64,000 bases of DNA, from contig OZ316898.1 in assembly GCA_973895155.1 (NCBI GenBank), forward strand, positions 374,751-438,750. The letters run 5' to 3'. The DNA comes from Marsupella aquatica (taxonomy: Eukaryota > Plantae > Marchantiophyta). This document shows positions 26,860 through 38,036 of this stretch, in pieces; positions within the stretch are counted from its first letter, which is position 1; every line of letters begins with the position of its first letter. The notes under the pieces are model-generated. The model was not told where the DNA came from and searched no databases. It saw only the letters and a program-made list of their open reading frames with translations. The position numbers and the translations under genes were made by a program.

Positions 26860-27112
26860 TGTCACACCATTCTGAGTAGTGTAGTAGTATATCGTGCTAT
26901 TAGAGTATGTATGTTTGGTATGAGTGCTATTGGAGCCGATAAGGTTCTGTCAGGTTTGTGTGAGAGGGTACTTCTCACTTGTGAGGCATTGAAAGGTCAT
27001 CTTTCAATGTTGAGCCTTGGAGAGAGAGGAGCTTGAGTGTGGCTATGGTGGCTGTGAGCTCCGCTTGTGTAATGTGGATTCCTTGAGTAGTGCAAGGTGC
27101 GTTGGCTTGACA
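26860..27112 (+). repeat. Candidate 5' LTR (TGTCA...TGACA, 253 bp)
   Basis: 5-bp terminal inverted repeats; a second copy at 3526-3774 starts at exactly the same base; no canonical TGG PBS follows. Confidence 0.6.
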
Positions 27113-27459
27113 TACGTGTGTGATCGGATCGGTGCGGGATTGATGGGGTATTGTTGACCGAGATCGTTGTGCCGATTGTATGGAGATTACATTGAAAGAT
27201 CACATTCGAAATCTGTTGTACGGACTGTGCGGACAGAAGTTCGATTGATTGAGTTGTCGACGGTTCGTGGTAGCTCGGATCGTGTGTTGTTATCGAACAG
27301 ATCGTTGGTATCTTGACCTATATCGTTGTTGTCCGATCGGCTTGCTTCCCAATCGATGTACAGATCTGTGATTGGTGACAAGTTTTGAGTTGGAGGTCGA
27401 TTGATGATTCGTGGAGGAAAGCGAATGTTGAGTAGATGTTGGACAGTGGAAGTCGATCC

Positions 27460-27549
27460 GTGAGGCTTCAGATCCGATTGCCGACTACTGTGAGGCTTCA
27501 GATCTGATTGTCGGCTACTGTGGGGCTTCAGATCTGATTGCCGGCTATT
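27460..27549. repeat. Three copies of a 30-bp tandem repeat GTGAGGCTTCAGATC(C/T)GATTGCCGACTACT in the gypsy leader
   Basis: Read directly. Confidence 0.9.
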
Positions 27550-27789
27550 GTTGGACGATGTTGGCAAGGCGCAGGTGAAGCGACGGCTCTTTTCCTGAAG
27601 GAACGGAGCTGCCAATGCCCCGTGCGACGGTATCATCATTTCAGTGAAAGAAACGAGGGTCAAAGGTGTTGAATCAAGCTGCTGCCAGTTCTGTGGAAGG
27701 GCTGCGTTTTTCATGAAGGAAATCGACAGTTTTTGGGAGCTTTTCGTGAAGGAAGTAGTCATTTTTGGGGTCAGGTGTGAGGCGCACGA

Positions 27790-27996
27790 GGTCACCCATC
27801 CCGAAAGTGCTCGCGCGAGGCGACGCGTGAGGTCACCCATCCCGAAAGTGCTCCCAACCGTGAGCGCGAAGTCACTCATCGCGAGCGCAGGCAGGCGCGA
27901 GGTCGAGGTCACCCATCCCGGGGCTATTCCGGGCCGTGAGCGCGAGGGGAGGCACAAGGTCGAGCGCGAGGAAGTCACCCATCCCGGGGCTATTCC
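27790..27996. repeat. CpG-rich cluster of GTCACCCATCCCG motifs (4 exact, 1-2 degenerate) in the gypsy leader
   Basis: Read directly. Confidence 0.88.
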
Positions 27997-30900
27997 CAGC
28001 CGCGAGCGCTTAACTGGCAAGTTCTCATCCCACCTTGTGTACACACAAGCTTTGACAACTTGTTGTTTAGATTCAAGCGCTAGGGGGCTTTATACACTTC
28101 CTGGTTTGTTTAGAGGCCTATTCTAGGCCAAATCAGAGGCTGTTTGAGGGTTTTTGATACTTCTGAGTCCATCTAGACTCACAGATTGAACCAATTTTGC
28201 CTTGGTTCTCATCTATAACATTGGAGTGCCATTGTGAAGCCTATTATGAAGGCTCTTCCTTGAACCTTATGCACATTGTCATATTGATTTGCATTTGCTT
28301 TTGTGTGGAGAGTTGAATGGTATCCATTCTTGTTTCTGGATCCTCTTCACACATGTTTCCTGTTTATGCGCCATGTTAGTTTCGTGTGGGCGCTTGATTC
28401 CATAGGAGTGATCCGGGTTTGCAACTGGACATTCTAGTGTGCTGTGTATTTCTCTCTTGGTGATGTTGGAGTGATGCCCAACACACTATGGTGAGTGCTT
28501 GTGGTGCTGACAGGGATAGATTGCCCTTAGGGTTAGCACATAGATTAGGTTAGGGTTGGTCACCACGGATTCTTCTGGTGCTGCTGGATTACCCGATGGA
28601 CGACGGACCGGTTTCACTCGGAGTAGGGCACAGTTTCGGCCAGCGGCATTGGTAGCAGTCAGCAGTGCAGCTTCAGACAGTGATTCTGATGAGGACTCAG
28701 TGACCAGTTCTCCTCATCATCACGTGGTTGCACCTTTGTTGTGGGATATGGACGAGATGTACGGGGCTACAAAGGGCCCACGACGATACTCTGGTGCAGT
28801 TGGCACAATTGATCTGGATGACTTCATCCAGGAGTTTGATACGTGGTGCGATATGCAGACATTGCGTAATGTCACGTTGTTTACCCCTTTCATGGCATGG
28901 AAGGGATTATTCCAGCATTTGGAGGGGCCACCCATGAATGACTACCATGAGTTTCGGAAGGCTCATTTGGTTGAGATTGAGGCATGGAGGCAGCATTGGT
29001 CGCCTAATTACGTGTCCATCACCTATGGCACTAGTGCGGCTGCCCAACCAATTGCCACAGCTGCTGCTTCTTCTAGCAGCACTAGCCAGAGTGGCACACC
29101 ATCCACCACCAACACTCCAGCAGCATCCACCACTACTCCTGCCGGTGTGATTGTGACAGGAACTGGAGTTGCGCCAGCATTTAATCTTGTGGTGGAATTC
29201 TTTGAGGTACTGAAGTAGAACTATCAGGGTGTGAGAACTGATAAGTTGAAGGGTCTTCAGGAGTTCCAACGCAAGACTGGAGAGAGCCTACGTGAGGCAT
29301 ACACACGTATGCGCAGATTGATCACTGTCACCAAGGGAGTGACAGAGGCTCAGGCAGTCCAGTTTTGGTATGCAATTCTGGACAGAGAATTGCGACGCAG
29401 AGTGAGAGATGTCACTCTGCTTAGGGATTCAGATCCCACATTAGCAGTTGTTTTCACCCTTTCGGAGCGCATTGAGCTCAATATGGTGAATGAGAAGGTG
29501 GTGACTTCCGGATTTGCCAAGGAAGCACCAAAGGCTGCATCTACATCCACACCACAGCCTACTGCACGGAAGAGCCAGAGGGAGAAGCCTACTGCACGAG
29601 AGTCTACCAGCCAGAGACCTATGCCCTCTTATGCTGGACAGCAGTCAGGATGTTGGACCTGTGGTGGGGATCATGCACAGAGATATTGTCCAGATCATAG
29701 AGGATCAGGGGGAGCATCAGCGCCTGATCAGCGACAGTGTGATCATTGTGGAGCTCCTGGACACACCAAGGATAGGTGTTTCTCACTCCACCCTGAGTTA
29801 CGGAGAGGAGGATCCCGTACACATGATCAGGGAAGAGGAGGTAGAGGTGGTGGACGTGGTCGTGGCATGCCACATGCAGGGAGACAGGGAGGTGACGCTG
29901 CCCCTGCTATAACCATAGATCCAAAGGATGCTAAGATTGCTCAATTGGAGCAACAACTAGCTGCCATGGCTAGTTCCCAGGTGAGACCTAATTCTGGTGA
30001 TGGGGCATCTACATCCTATGGACCTTCCACATCCCATGGTCCTTCCACATCTTATGGAGCTGATGGAGACCTTGCCACCATGGGATTCATGTGTGGCACT
30101 GCACATATTGATGCATCAGCAGCTTTGACACGTGGGGCAGCCAAAGCTCTTGAGCCCCGAGGAGCAGTAGTGGAGTTAGATCCACAAAGGGGGGATGCAC
30201 GTCGGCAGACAAAGCTTCCTCAGTCTTTTACATTGTCAGAGACAATTCAGACTGCCTCTATGAACCCGGTTCGGACAAACCCTGATGTGGGTAAGTTGGC
30301 AGAATCAGGTAGTGATGCAGCAGGGATGACATGTACCTTGCTGGGGGCGGCTACTGCCATAGTACGCACCCCATTATTTTCAGCGACAGACATGCTGAAC
30401 TTGGGAGTTGGTCCTGCAGAAGTGTTCAGATTGGCAGCTACACTCTGTGAGGACACTCCAGTGGTTGCTTCCCATGTAGAAGCAACTTGTAGTGTTGATG
30501 CAGTGAAGACCATGCCACCTACTGCTACTAGTGAGACATGGCATGCAGCAGCAGCGAGGTTGGTGGATTTACCAGCACGCCCTGCATTTGAGAGGACTAG
30601 GTTTAAACCTAGTGTTGTGTCATTGGATAATCGGAGTGGTATCTTCCGATTAGTTGGGCCTTCTGGAGCAGTATACCAGCCAGAGAGAGTGTTACTGGAT
30701 ACTGGTGCTCAGCCCTTGATGTTGGGGAAGTCTGCCATACGTGGATTGGGACTGCGTCCAGAGGATTTGGAGGATTGTCCCTTTCCCATTCAGACTTCAT
30801 TGGGGGGACCTACACCTACACAGCATATCACCAGGAGACCACTTGATTTGAGGATTCAGGAAGGTCATACCACAGATACAGGCGCGAGCTATTCTGACTA

Positions 30901-31394
30901 AGGCAGAGTCATATGATGTGTTGGTGGGATGTACAGTGCTCTACCCCATGGGATTTATTCTTGATTTTTGGGAGGAATCAGTGTCATATAGACCTGATTG
31001 GCAATCAGGAGATGCTCGATTGAGCAAATTGCCAGTGAGATTTAGTGGACCTGTGGGAGGCTCTAAATCCACACCATTGTCTTTGGCAGCATTCAGTGGT
31101 GTAATTGCTGGACCTGATGATTTGATTGAGGGTAATGCGCATGCAGCCGATGTTCCACCATTGGAGGAGTCTCATGAGGAGCACATCATGCGAGGGTTAC
31201 CTGTTGGCAGTGTTGTGCCACCAGTGTGGGGCACTGCACAAGCCTTGCCACAGGCAGCAGCACGATTGGTACATGATGCATGGCGTCATGCTTTTACACC
31301 ACAGTCAGGAGTAGAGCAGTCTCTTGCAGATGGACCTGTGACTCTTTCACCATTGGATACCACTCCTATTGCTTGGCAATATCCACCGGAGGGT

Positions 31395-32340
31395 ATTTGT
31401 TTGTTGGATCTTTTTGGTGGGATTAGCACTGGATTGGCTGCTATTCTTCAGGCAGGAATTCCTATGCGTCGTTATTTATATGTGGAGATAGATGAGACAG
31501 CACGGAGGGTCTCATTGCAACATGTGGCTATGTTGGTGGATAGATATCCACAATTGCTACCAGTGGATGCTGTTCGTGGTTATCAGCATGCACTACCTGC
31601 TGATATTTCATTGTTGGGGGCGGATCATCTACATCGTGTTGGCCCCATTGATTTGGTGATTGCTGGTTGGCCATGTCAGGGCCAATCTAGAGCTGGCGTT
31701 GGGCATGGACTTCATGATCCACGCTCTGCATTATTTTGGGAGATGTTACGGGTGCTGCGTCACCTCCAGTTACATCAGACACAGTCTCCAGCATACATTT
31801 TGGAGAATGTGCCATTGTTAGGTGATGATCGTAGTCGGATTGTTGCCAGTGTTCACCAGGTGAGGTCTTGGATTGGACCTGCTGTGTTATTGGATGCTGC
31901 ACGTGTGGGTTCTCGTGCACATCGTCCACGCTTATGGTGGACTAATTTGATCCCATGTGAGGTGCTGAAGCGCGCATTTGACAGCATTCCACGCTCACCA
32001 GTCTTAGTGGTGGATGATATTTTGGATCCAGGGCGTCGTGCACAGGGTGTGACCCAACCTGATAGACCTCCATTGGCAATGGTCAATGCAGTTGGGTGCC
32101 CACATTGTGCATTACCCACTCTTGTAAGCCACTCTGCTTCATATGCATTCAGAGCAGGTGGCCCTGGACTTGTATGGGACACAGCTCTCCAGCAGTTAGT
32201 GGAGCCTACTGCTGATGAGGGAGAGCGTGCTATGGGATTTTTGACTAGCACCACTGCAGTTGCCTCTGTGTCAGAGGGTTTGCGGCGCCAGGTTCTTGGT
32301 CAAGCAATGGATTTGAATTGTTTGACTTGGATTATCAGCT
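31395..32340 (+). other. C5-cytosine DNA methyltransferase domain (DNMT3-like, canonical motif order) within the polyprotein
   Basis: Motif I LDLFGG (DLFGG 31407-31421), II VEID, III ADI, IV AGWPCQG (PCQ 31671-31679), VI ILENV (ENV 31803-31811), VIII AHRPRLWWTNL, IX ERAMGF, X RRQVLGQAM; no stop inside the domain. Confidence 0.93.
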
Positions 32341-35300
32341 TGGGAGTAGCTGAACAGTTGCGGATGCGCTCTGCCGGAATTACTGATTGTCCCTTGGTGA
32401 GCTTGCGGTCCACTGAGACAGTATTGACCACAGCTGGGGGCGAGCAGACAGTCCATGGCCCTATGACAGGATTGGCAGCTGGACAGATTGTTGAGCAAGA
32501 AGAGACTGCTCAATCTACTGCTAAATAGCAATCATCGGCTATCTCTTCTACCCTACAAAGAGATATTAGGGATTTGGTGGAGAGTTGGGAACCACAGCTT
32601 GGCCCTAAGTTAACAGGGGAGGAGAGACGTCGCATGCATCGATTCCTGAAGAGTTATTGGAATTGTTTTGCATTCAGCATGAAGGATTTGGGGACATTGA
32701 AGGGCCCTGGTATTCAGATTGAATTGGCTAGTGATGCGCCAATCTTTCGTAGACCATACCGTTATAGTGACATGGAGAGAGCTCTGATTCAAAGCAGAAC
32801 TCAAGATTTGTTGGAGGCTGGATTGGTGGAGATTTCATATGGGGAGTATGCATCTGCCACAGTGATGCCAGCCAAGAAGGATGTGCATGGCAATTACACA
32901 GATAGGCGCATGTGTGGTGATTACAGACCTATTAATTGCCAGACAAAATCTGATCGATATGCCATGCCCACACCTGAGGAGATCTTTGATGCTGTGGGGC
33001 ATGCAAAGGTTTTCAGTTCATTGGATCTGAGGGCAGGATACCATCAGCTTCCAATTAGGCATGCTGACAGGTCCAAGACAGCATTCTGGGGGATTGATTC
33101 TTATAGCAAAGATCGTTTGTATCAATGGTTATTCTTACCATTTGGGTTGAAGAATGCACCAGCTGAGTTCCAGAGAGTCATGGATCGAATCCTTGCAGGT
33201 TTGGATTTTGTCAGATGTTATATTGATGATATTTTGGTCTATTCTTCTACTGTGGAAGAACATCAGCAGCACTTGCAGACTGTGTTGGAGAGATTGAGAG
33301 CACATGGGTTGAAGCTCCATCCTAGCAAGTGTAAGTTCTTCCAAGACCAGATTGAGTATTTGGGCCACACCATATACCCAGGGGGATTGGGTGTACAGCA
33401 GACTAAAGTGGAGGCCATTACACAGATTCCTTGTCCTACTGATGTGAGTAGAGTTCGTGCATTCTTGGGATTGGCGAGCTACTACAGGAGGTATGTTAAA
33501 GGATTTAGCCAGCTTGCTAAACCTTTGACCATACTCACTAAGTTGGATCAGGAATGGATTTTGGGTGATGACCAGGAGCATGCCTTTCAGGAGTTGAAGC
33601 AAAGGTTGGCATCATCCCCTATTTTGAGAAGACCCATTTCAGGCAGACCATTTCAGCTACACACTGATTGGAGTGGAGTAGGACTTGGAGCAGTGCTGAC
33701 TCAGAAGGATGATGAGGGGAATGAGTTTGTTGTGGCTTATGCCAGTAGATCAAACAATTCAACAGAGGCTAAGTATAGCTCTTATGAGGGAGAGTGTTTG
33801 GTAGCAGTGTGGGCTGTTGCACACTTTCGTTGCTACTTGTTTGGTAACCCCTTCACCTTGATCACTGATCATCAGCCTCTTAAGTGGTTAATAGAGTCTG
33901 ACAAGCTTACAGGGAAGCTTGCACGATGGGCATTGTTGTTACAGGAGTATGATTTCCAGGTGGTGCATAGGCCTGGAAAAGTGAACTTGGATGCAGATGG
34001 ATTAAGCCGCAATCCATGTACCAGTCAGCAGGATGAGACTGGAGCCAGATGGCATGATGAGTCAGATAAGGAGATGGTGCCAGGATGGCATGCATCTGCC
34101 TTTCTTTGTTGGGTGCCAGCATACAGTGGATCTGTGGACTCTACTTCATTGGATGGAGTGGGTGATGAGTCTTCAGATGTGGATGTTGGTGAGGTAACTT
34201 CTGGACAACAAGATATTCACAATGATGTGAGAGTGTTGGAATATCTGCGCAATAGTTCTATTGTTGGCAGTGTTGATGCCAAGGAACGTGACAGGATTCT
34301 ACAGAGAGCCAAGAGGTTTCGATGGGAGGGAAACCATCTTTTGAGAGTACTGCATGATGGTAGGTTGTTGGTGGTACCAAAACCATCACAACGAGTACAT
34401 TTGGTGCGACATGCGCACGAGGAGTTGGGTCACTTTGGTGTGAAGTGCACTTACAGCTTGCTGCAGACGCAGTATTGGTGGCGTGGTATGCACACTCATG
34501 TCCAGCAGTTGATAGCTAAGTGTGTGGTATGTGACAGAGTGAGAGCATCATTTAATGCTCCCACTCCCCAGTTGCACCCATTACCGATCATGGGTTTGGG
34601 ATATCGTTGGAGTTTGGATTTTGCTGGTCCATTACCTCTTACCCAACGTCATAATCGGTATGTTTTGGTCATGGTGGAGCACTTCTCCAAGTGGATTGAG
34701 CTAGTGGCGTTGCCAGATAAAGCCAGTGGAGGAGTTGCTGCTACATTTTTGGATCGTGTACTCAGTCATTTTGGAGCACCAGCTGAGGTGTTGACTGATC
34801 AGGGAACTGAGTTCCATGGAGAGTTTGAGAGTTTGTGTGAACAAGCTCTGATCATCCTGAGGCAGATGGATTAGCTGAGAGAGTTGTGCAAACTGTGAAG
34901 AGAGGATTGCGTAAGTATGGCTTGCAGGTTGGTCATCTGGGAGATTGGGATCTCCAGCTACCTTGGTTAGCTATGGGCTACCGTTTCAGTCGGCAAGCAT
35001 CACTTGCATCCTTCTCACCCTACTTTTTGCTCTATGGTAGAGAGCCAGATTTGCCAGCAGCTATTCATCGTCATGCTGCACCAGTTGTGAACTTGGATGA
35101 TCCTGATGTTTGGGTCAAGGTGTGTTCAGAAAGAGCACGGGTATTTCAGAGAGTGATGCCCATGGCTTTTGACAACCTTGCCATTGCCCAACATCGTGAT
35201 ACTTTGAGGTATGCCACTATTCGTGGAGGAGGTTACCGTGCAAGCATTCGACGATTTCATCCTAGTGATTATGTTTATTTGCAGCAGACAGCACCCACGA

Positions 35301-35488
35301 CACTTGATGTGACCGCAGGCCGGACAATCTTACGTGTGCGTGAAGTGTTGCCTTCTGGTGTCCTGATGTTGGAGGGACGCGATGGTATGGTTTGGAAGGA
35401 TCATGTGCGCAACTGTGCACCATGTCACCTTCCCAACATTGATGGTACAGTAGATCCAAGCTTGGCACATGTTCGTGTTGGCTTGAAA

Positions 35489-35623
35489 TGTATGTTGTGT
35501 GGATCTGCTCAGGGAGCAGCTACTATGTTGATTTGTGATAAGTGTTCTAGAGGATGGCACATGTCATGTTTGACACCACCATTGCAGGTGATTCCTAGTG
35601 GATCATGGTTGTGTCCTCAGTGT
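35489..35623 (+). other. PHD finger at the integrase C-terminus
   Basis: C4HC3 pattern CMLC..MLICDKCSRGWHMSCLTPPLQVIPSGSWLCPQC. Confidence 0.92.
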
Positions 35624-35793
35624 CGGTGAAGCCGACTAGTTATCATTTGTGTTCTCTTGGCAGATATGGATTGCAGGTAGGTGATCGATGGGGCTCACTT
35701 GCACCCGGCCTCCTGATCTTCACACCTAAAAAGGTGTATATCAACCTTGTAGAACTCATGGCTAGCTAGAGTTAGGGGACCTTACTCCCAGCT

Positions 35794-35800
35794 AGGGGGG
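35794..35800 (+). promoter_or_regulatory. Polypurine tract of the gypsy element
   Basis: AGGGGGG, then CGAT, then TG at 35805; ~165 nt after the polyprotein stop. Confidence 0.7.
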
Positions 35801-36990
35801 CGATTGTGGGTTTTGGACATGTGTGGACATGAGTTCCACTTGTATTCCATTCTCTTGTATTTGTGATGTGGCAGTGTGACTATGTCTGGATGTATGTGAC
35901 AAGCGATGTATGTTGTGTAGCGATATGTATGCGCACGACATATTCAATACATTCAATAGCAAAGAGAACTCAATCACAAAAGAAAAATAGTTAGTGTGAA
36001 TGCTAATTTCTCAACACTTAACTAAATTCAAACCACCAATTCAAGTAGTAAGTTTCAAAAACTTGCCTTTACATGAAGAGAAACCAATTGGCCATGCATG
36101 TTACTAAAGCAATAAACAAATAATTAGGCTCAACCCCGGGCTCAACACACAGGCAAACTACTCGAAACATGCTGCTGAGAAGTAGCATTTTTTGAATGTC
36201 AGACTATGTGTAAGTGCCATGATCGTGCTCCTACGTTTCACAAGGAGGGCTGGCCCGAAAGGGAGAAGCAACAATGTGGAGTCTATACACGTAGCACAAA
36301 TCCCAGTTTAGAAGGGTGGATGAAGTTCAGACAAGAGTTCAGAACTTGCCATTTGAGATTGCCAATCTGAACTTCACATTCAGACAGGACTTCATCCAGT
36401 TCAGGAGTTCAGATAGGAGTTTAGACAATCTGAAGAGGACTTTGGACTTGAATGAGGGACAGCGTGGCCATATAGTTATCCTTGTGGCCTTCAGCTGCGT
36501 GTCTCAGGCTGAATTTCACTTTCCAGTTTCGAGAGTTCTGAAGGTCTAGTTTTAGTAACTTCCTCCTGACTCGACTTGGGAGCATTCTCCCTATTTGCTA
36601 GCTTGTAGTTAGCTTTGACTCCTGTGAGCTTAGTTGACGACCCTCTTGAGATATTAACAATTAGAACAAACACAAGTTGTCAAGACAGATTCCACCGGAG
36701 CAAAAAGTCCAAAATCAGGTGAAAGAAAACCTAAGGAAAGTCCATAAGAACGAAAGTAGGAAGGCAGGTGCACGGGCCACCGAGAAAAGTAAAGGATGCA
36801 TGTGATTAGTGGGGAGGGATCTTAGCAAAAACAGGGGAAAGCAAGGGAACTTGCTGCTAAAATCAGCTGAACGATTGCACGGTTCCTATAAATTTAGTGG
36901 ACCTTAAGGCCGTCTGTTCACCCCCCCACCCCATTGCCAGAGCACGGGGCACAAGGCATGTTCTGATACAGGGAGGAGCAAAATAGTCAT

Positions 36991-38036
36991 GTCAAGCAAG
37001 AAGTGTGGAGAGACCAATCAGTAAGCAAAAATAGGGGAGAACATACATACATGATCAGCAGCAGCAGGAAACAAGAAAGATGATTTCGGGTGGCATCTTA
37101 GGGTCGGGGACACCACTGCAACACCGGGACTTAGGATATGAGTTGTTCTTAATCTGCTAGTAGCATCCGGCAGGCCGGCGACCCATGGCAAAAGGGCAGA
37201 GCAGCAATCCGCTAAAACTACCGAGTCTCACCTTTGCGCTACTAACTGTCACCTTTGTCCAAGGTAGCTAGTAATAGCAAGTTGAAGTCCCGCTCCAAGT
37301 TGTCGGCTTCCACTCCAAGCTCCCTTAAAGATTGTGGCCTCAGGTCCAAGTCGTTAGCTCGCACGCGCAACTCCCTAAACCTACACACAGCGGAAGCTTA
37401 GCTCACCAACAACTTGCAGAAACAATGACCTCCCCTCTGAAACTGATAAAAACACCTGAATACAAATAGTGAAGCACGAGGACAGAACAGGGAGAAGCGT
37501 TTTGCAGTTTGGGACGACAATGCTAGGAGTGTATACACTTCGGGCAACAGGGAGGTCCAATAATAGTTTGAATCTGACGGATGAAGCTCTAGGCGAATGA
37601 GCTCCAGGAGATTGGGTGCATGATTGAGCAGGCGATTGTAACAGCAGGCACCTGGCGATTGAAGGAAGCAGCATTCGACAGTGGACCTAGGCAGCTCACG
37701 AATTTTGCTCAGCATCGATGTCACCTAGACCCTAAACACGCAATGCATACATCACCTAGACAACTATACTTGCAGCCACGAGGTGAGTCCGCGATAGGGG
37801 ATTGAAGGAAGCAGCAAGTCAAGCAAGAAGTGTGGAGAGACCAATCAGTAAGCAAAAATAGGGGAGAACAGACATACATCAGCAGCAGCAGGAAACAAGA
37901 AAGATGATACTCTGTTCCATCTTAGAGTCGGGGACACTACTGCAACATCGGGACTTAGGATATGACTTGTTTTTAAACTGGAGATAGCATCCAGCAGGCC
38001 AGCGACCCATGCCAAAAGGGCAGAGCAGCAATCCGC
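36991..38036. repeat. ~220-bp dispersed direct repeat (36991-37212 and 37818-38036) inside CACTA-1
   Basis: GTCAAGCAAGAAGTGTGGAGAGACCAATCAGTAAGC...GGGCAGAGCAGCAATCCGC occurs twice. Confidence 0.88.

Larger units (their letters stand above)
28556..35629 (+). pseudogene. Gypsy gag-protease-DNMT-RT-RNaseH-integrase-PHD polyprotein (2 TAG stops, 2 frameshifts)
   Basis: Two zinc knuckles; protease DTG at 30698-30706 and YDVLVG; RT YIDD at 33219-33230; RNase H LHTDWS; integrase HEELGH..CVVC, SLDFAG, LTDQG, LAER. Stops at 29216-29218 and 32526-32528; frameshifts at ~30885 and ~34852. Confidence 0.93.
26860..35940 (+). mobile_element. Ty3/gypsy retrotransposon carrying a C5 DNA methyltransferase and a PHD finger (boundaries tentative)
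   Basis: Domain order gag-PR-DNMT-RT-RH-INT-PHD; TGTC...GACA outer ends with TATT on both sides; PPT at 35794-35800. Confidence 0.85.

Noticed and set aside
27187-28044. 285-aa antisense ORF in the gypsy leader
   Set aside because: Built from the GC-rich tandem repeats, non-ATG start, no recognisable domain
30918-32528. Bacterial restriction-modification MTase/contamination, or a host DNMT3/DRM gene
   Set aside because: Intronless and in frame with retroelement protease and RT inside plant TE nests; no partner endonuclease and no host-type N-terminal domains
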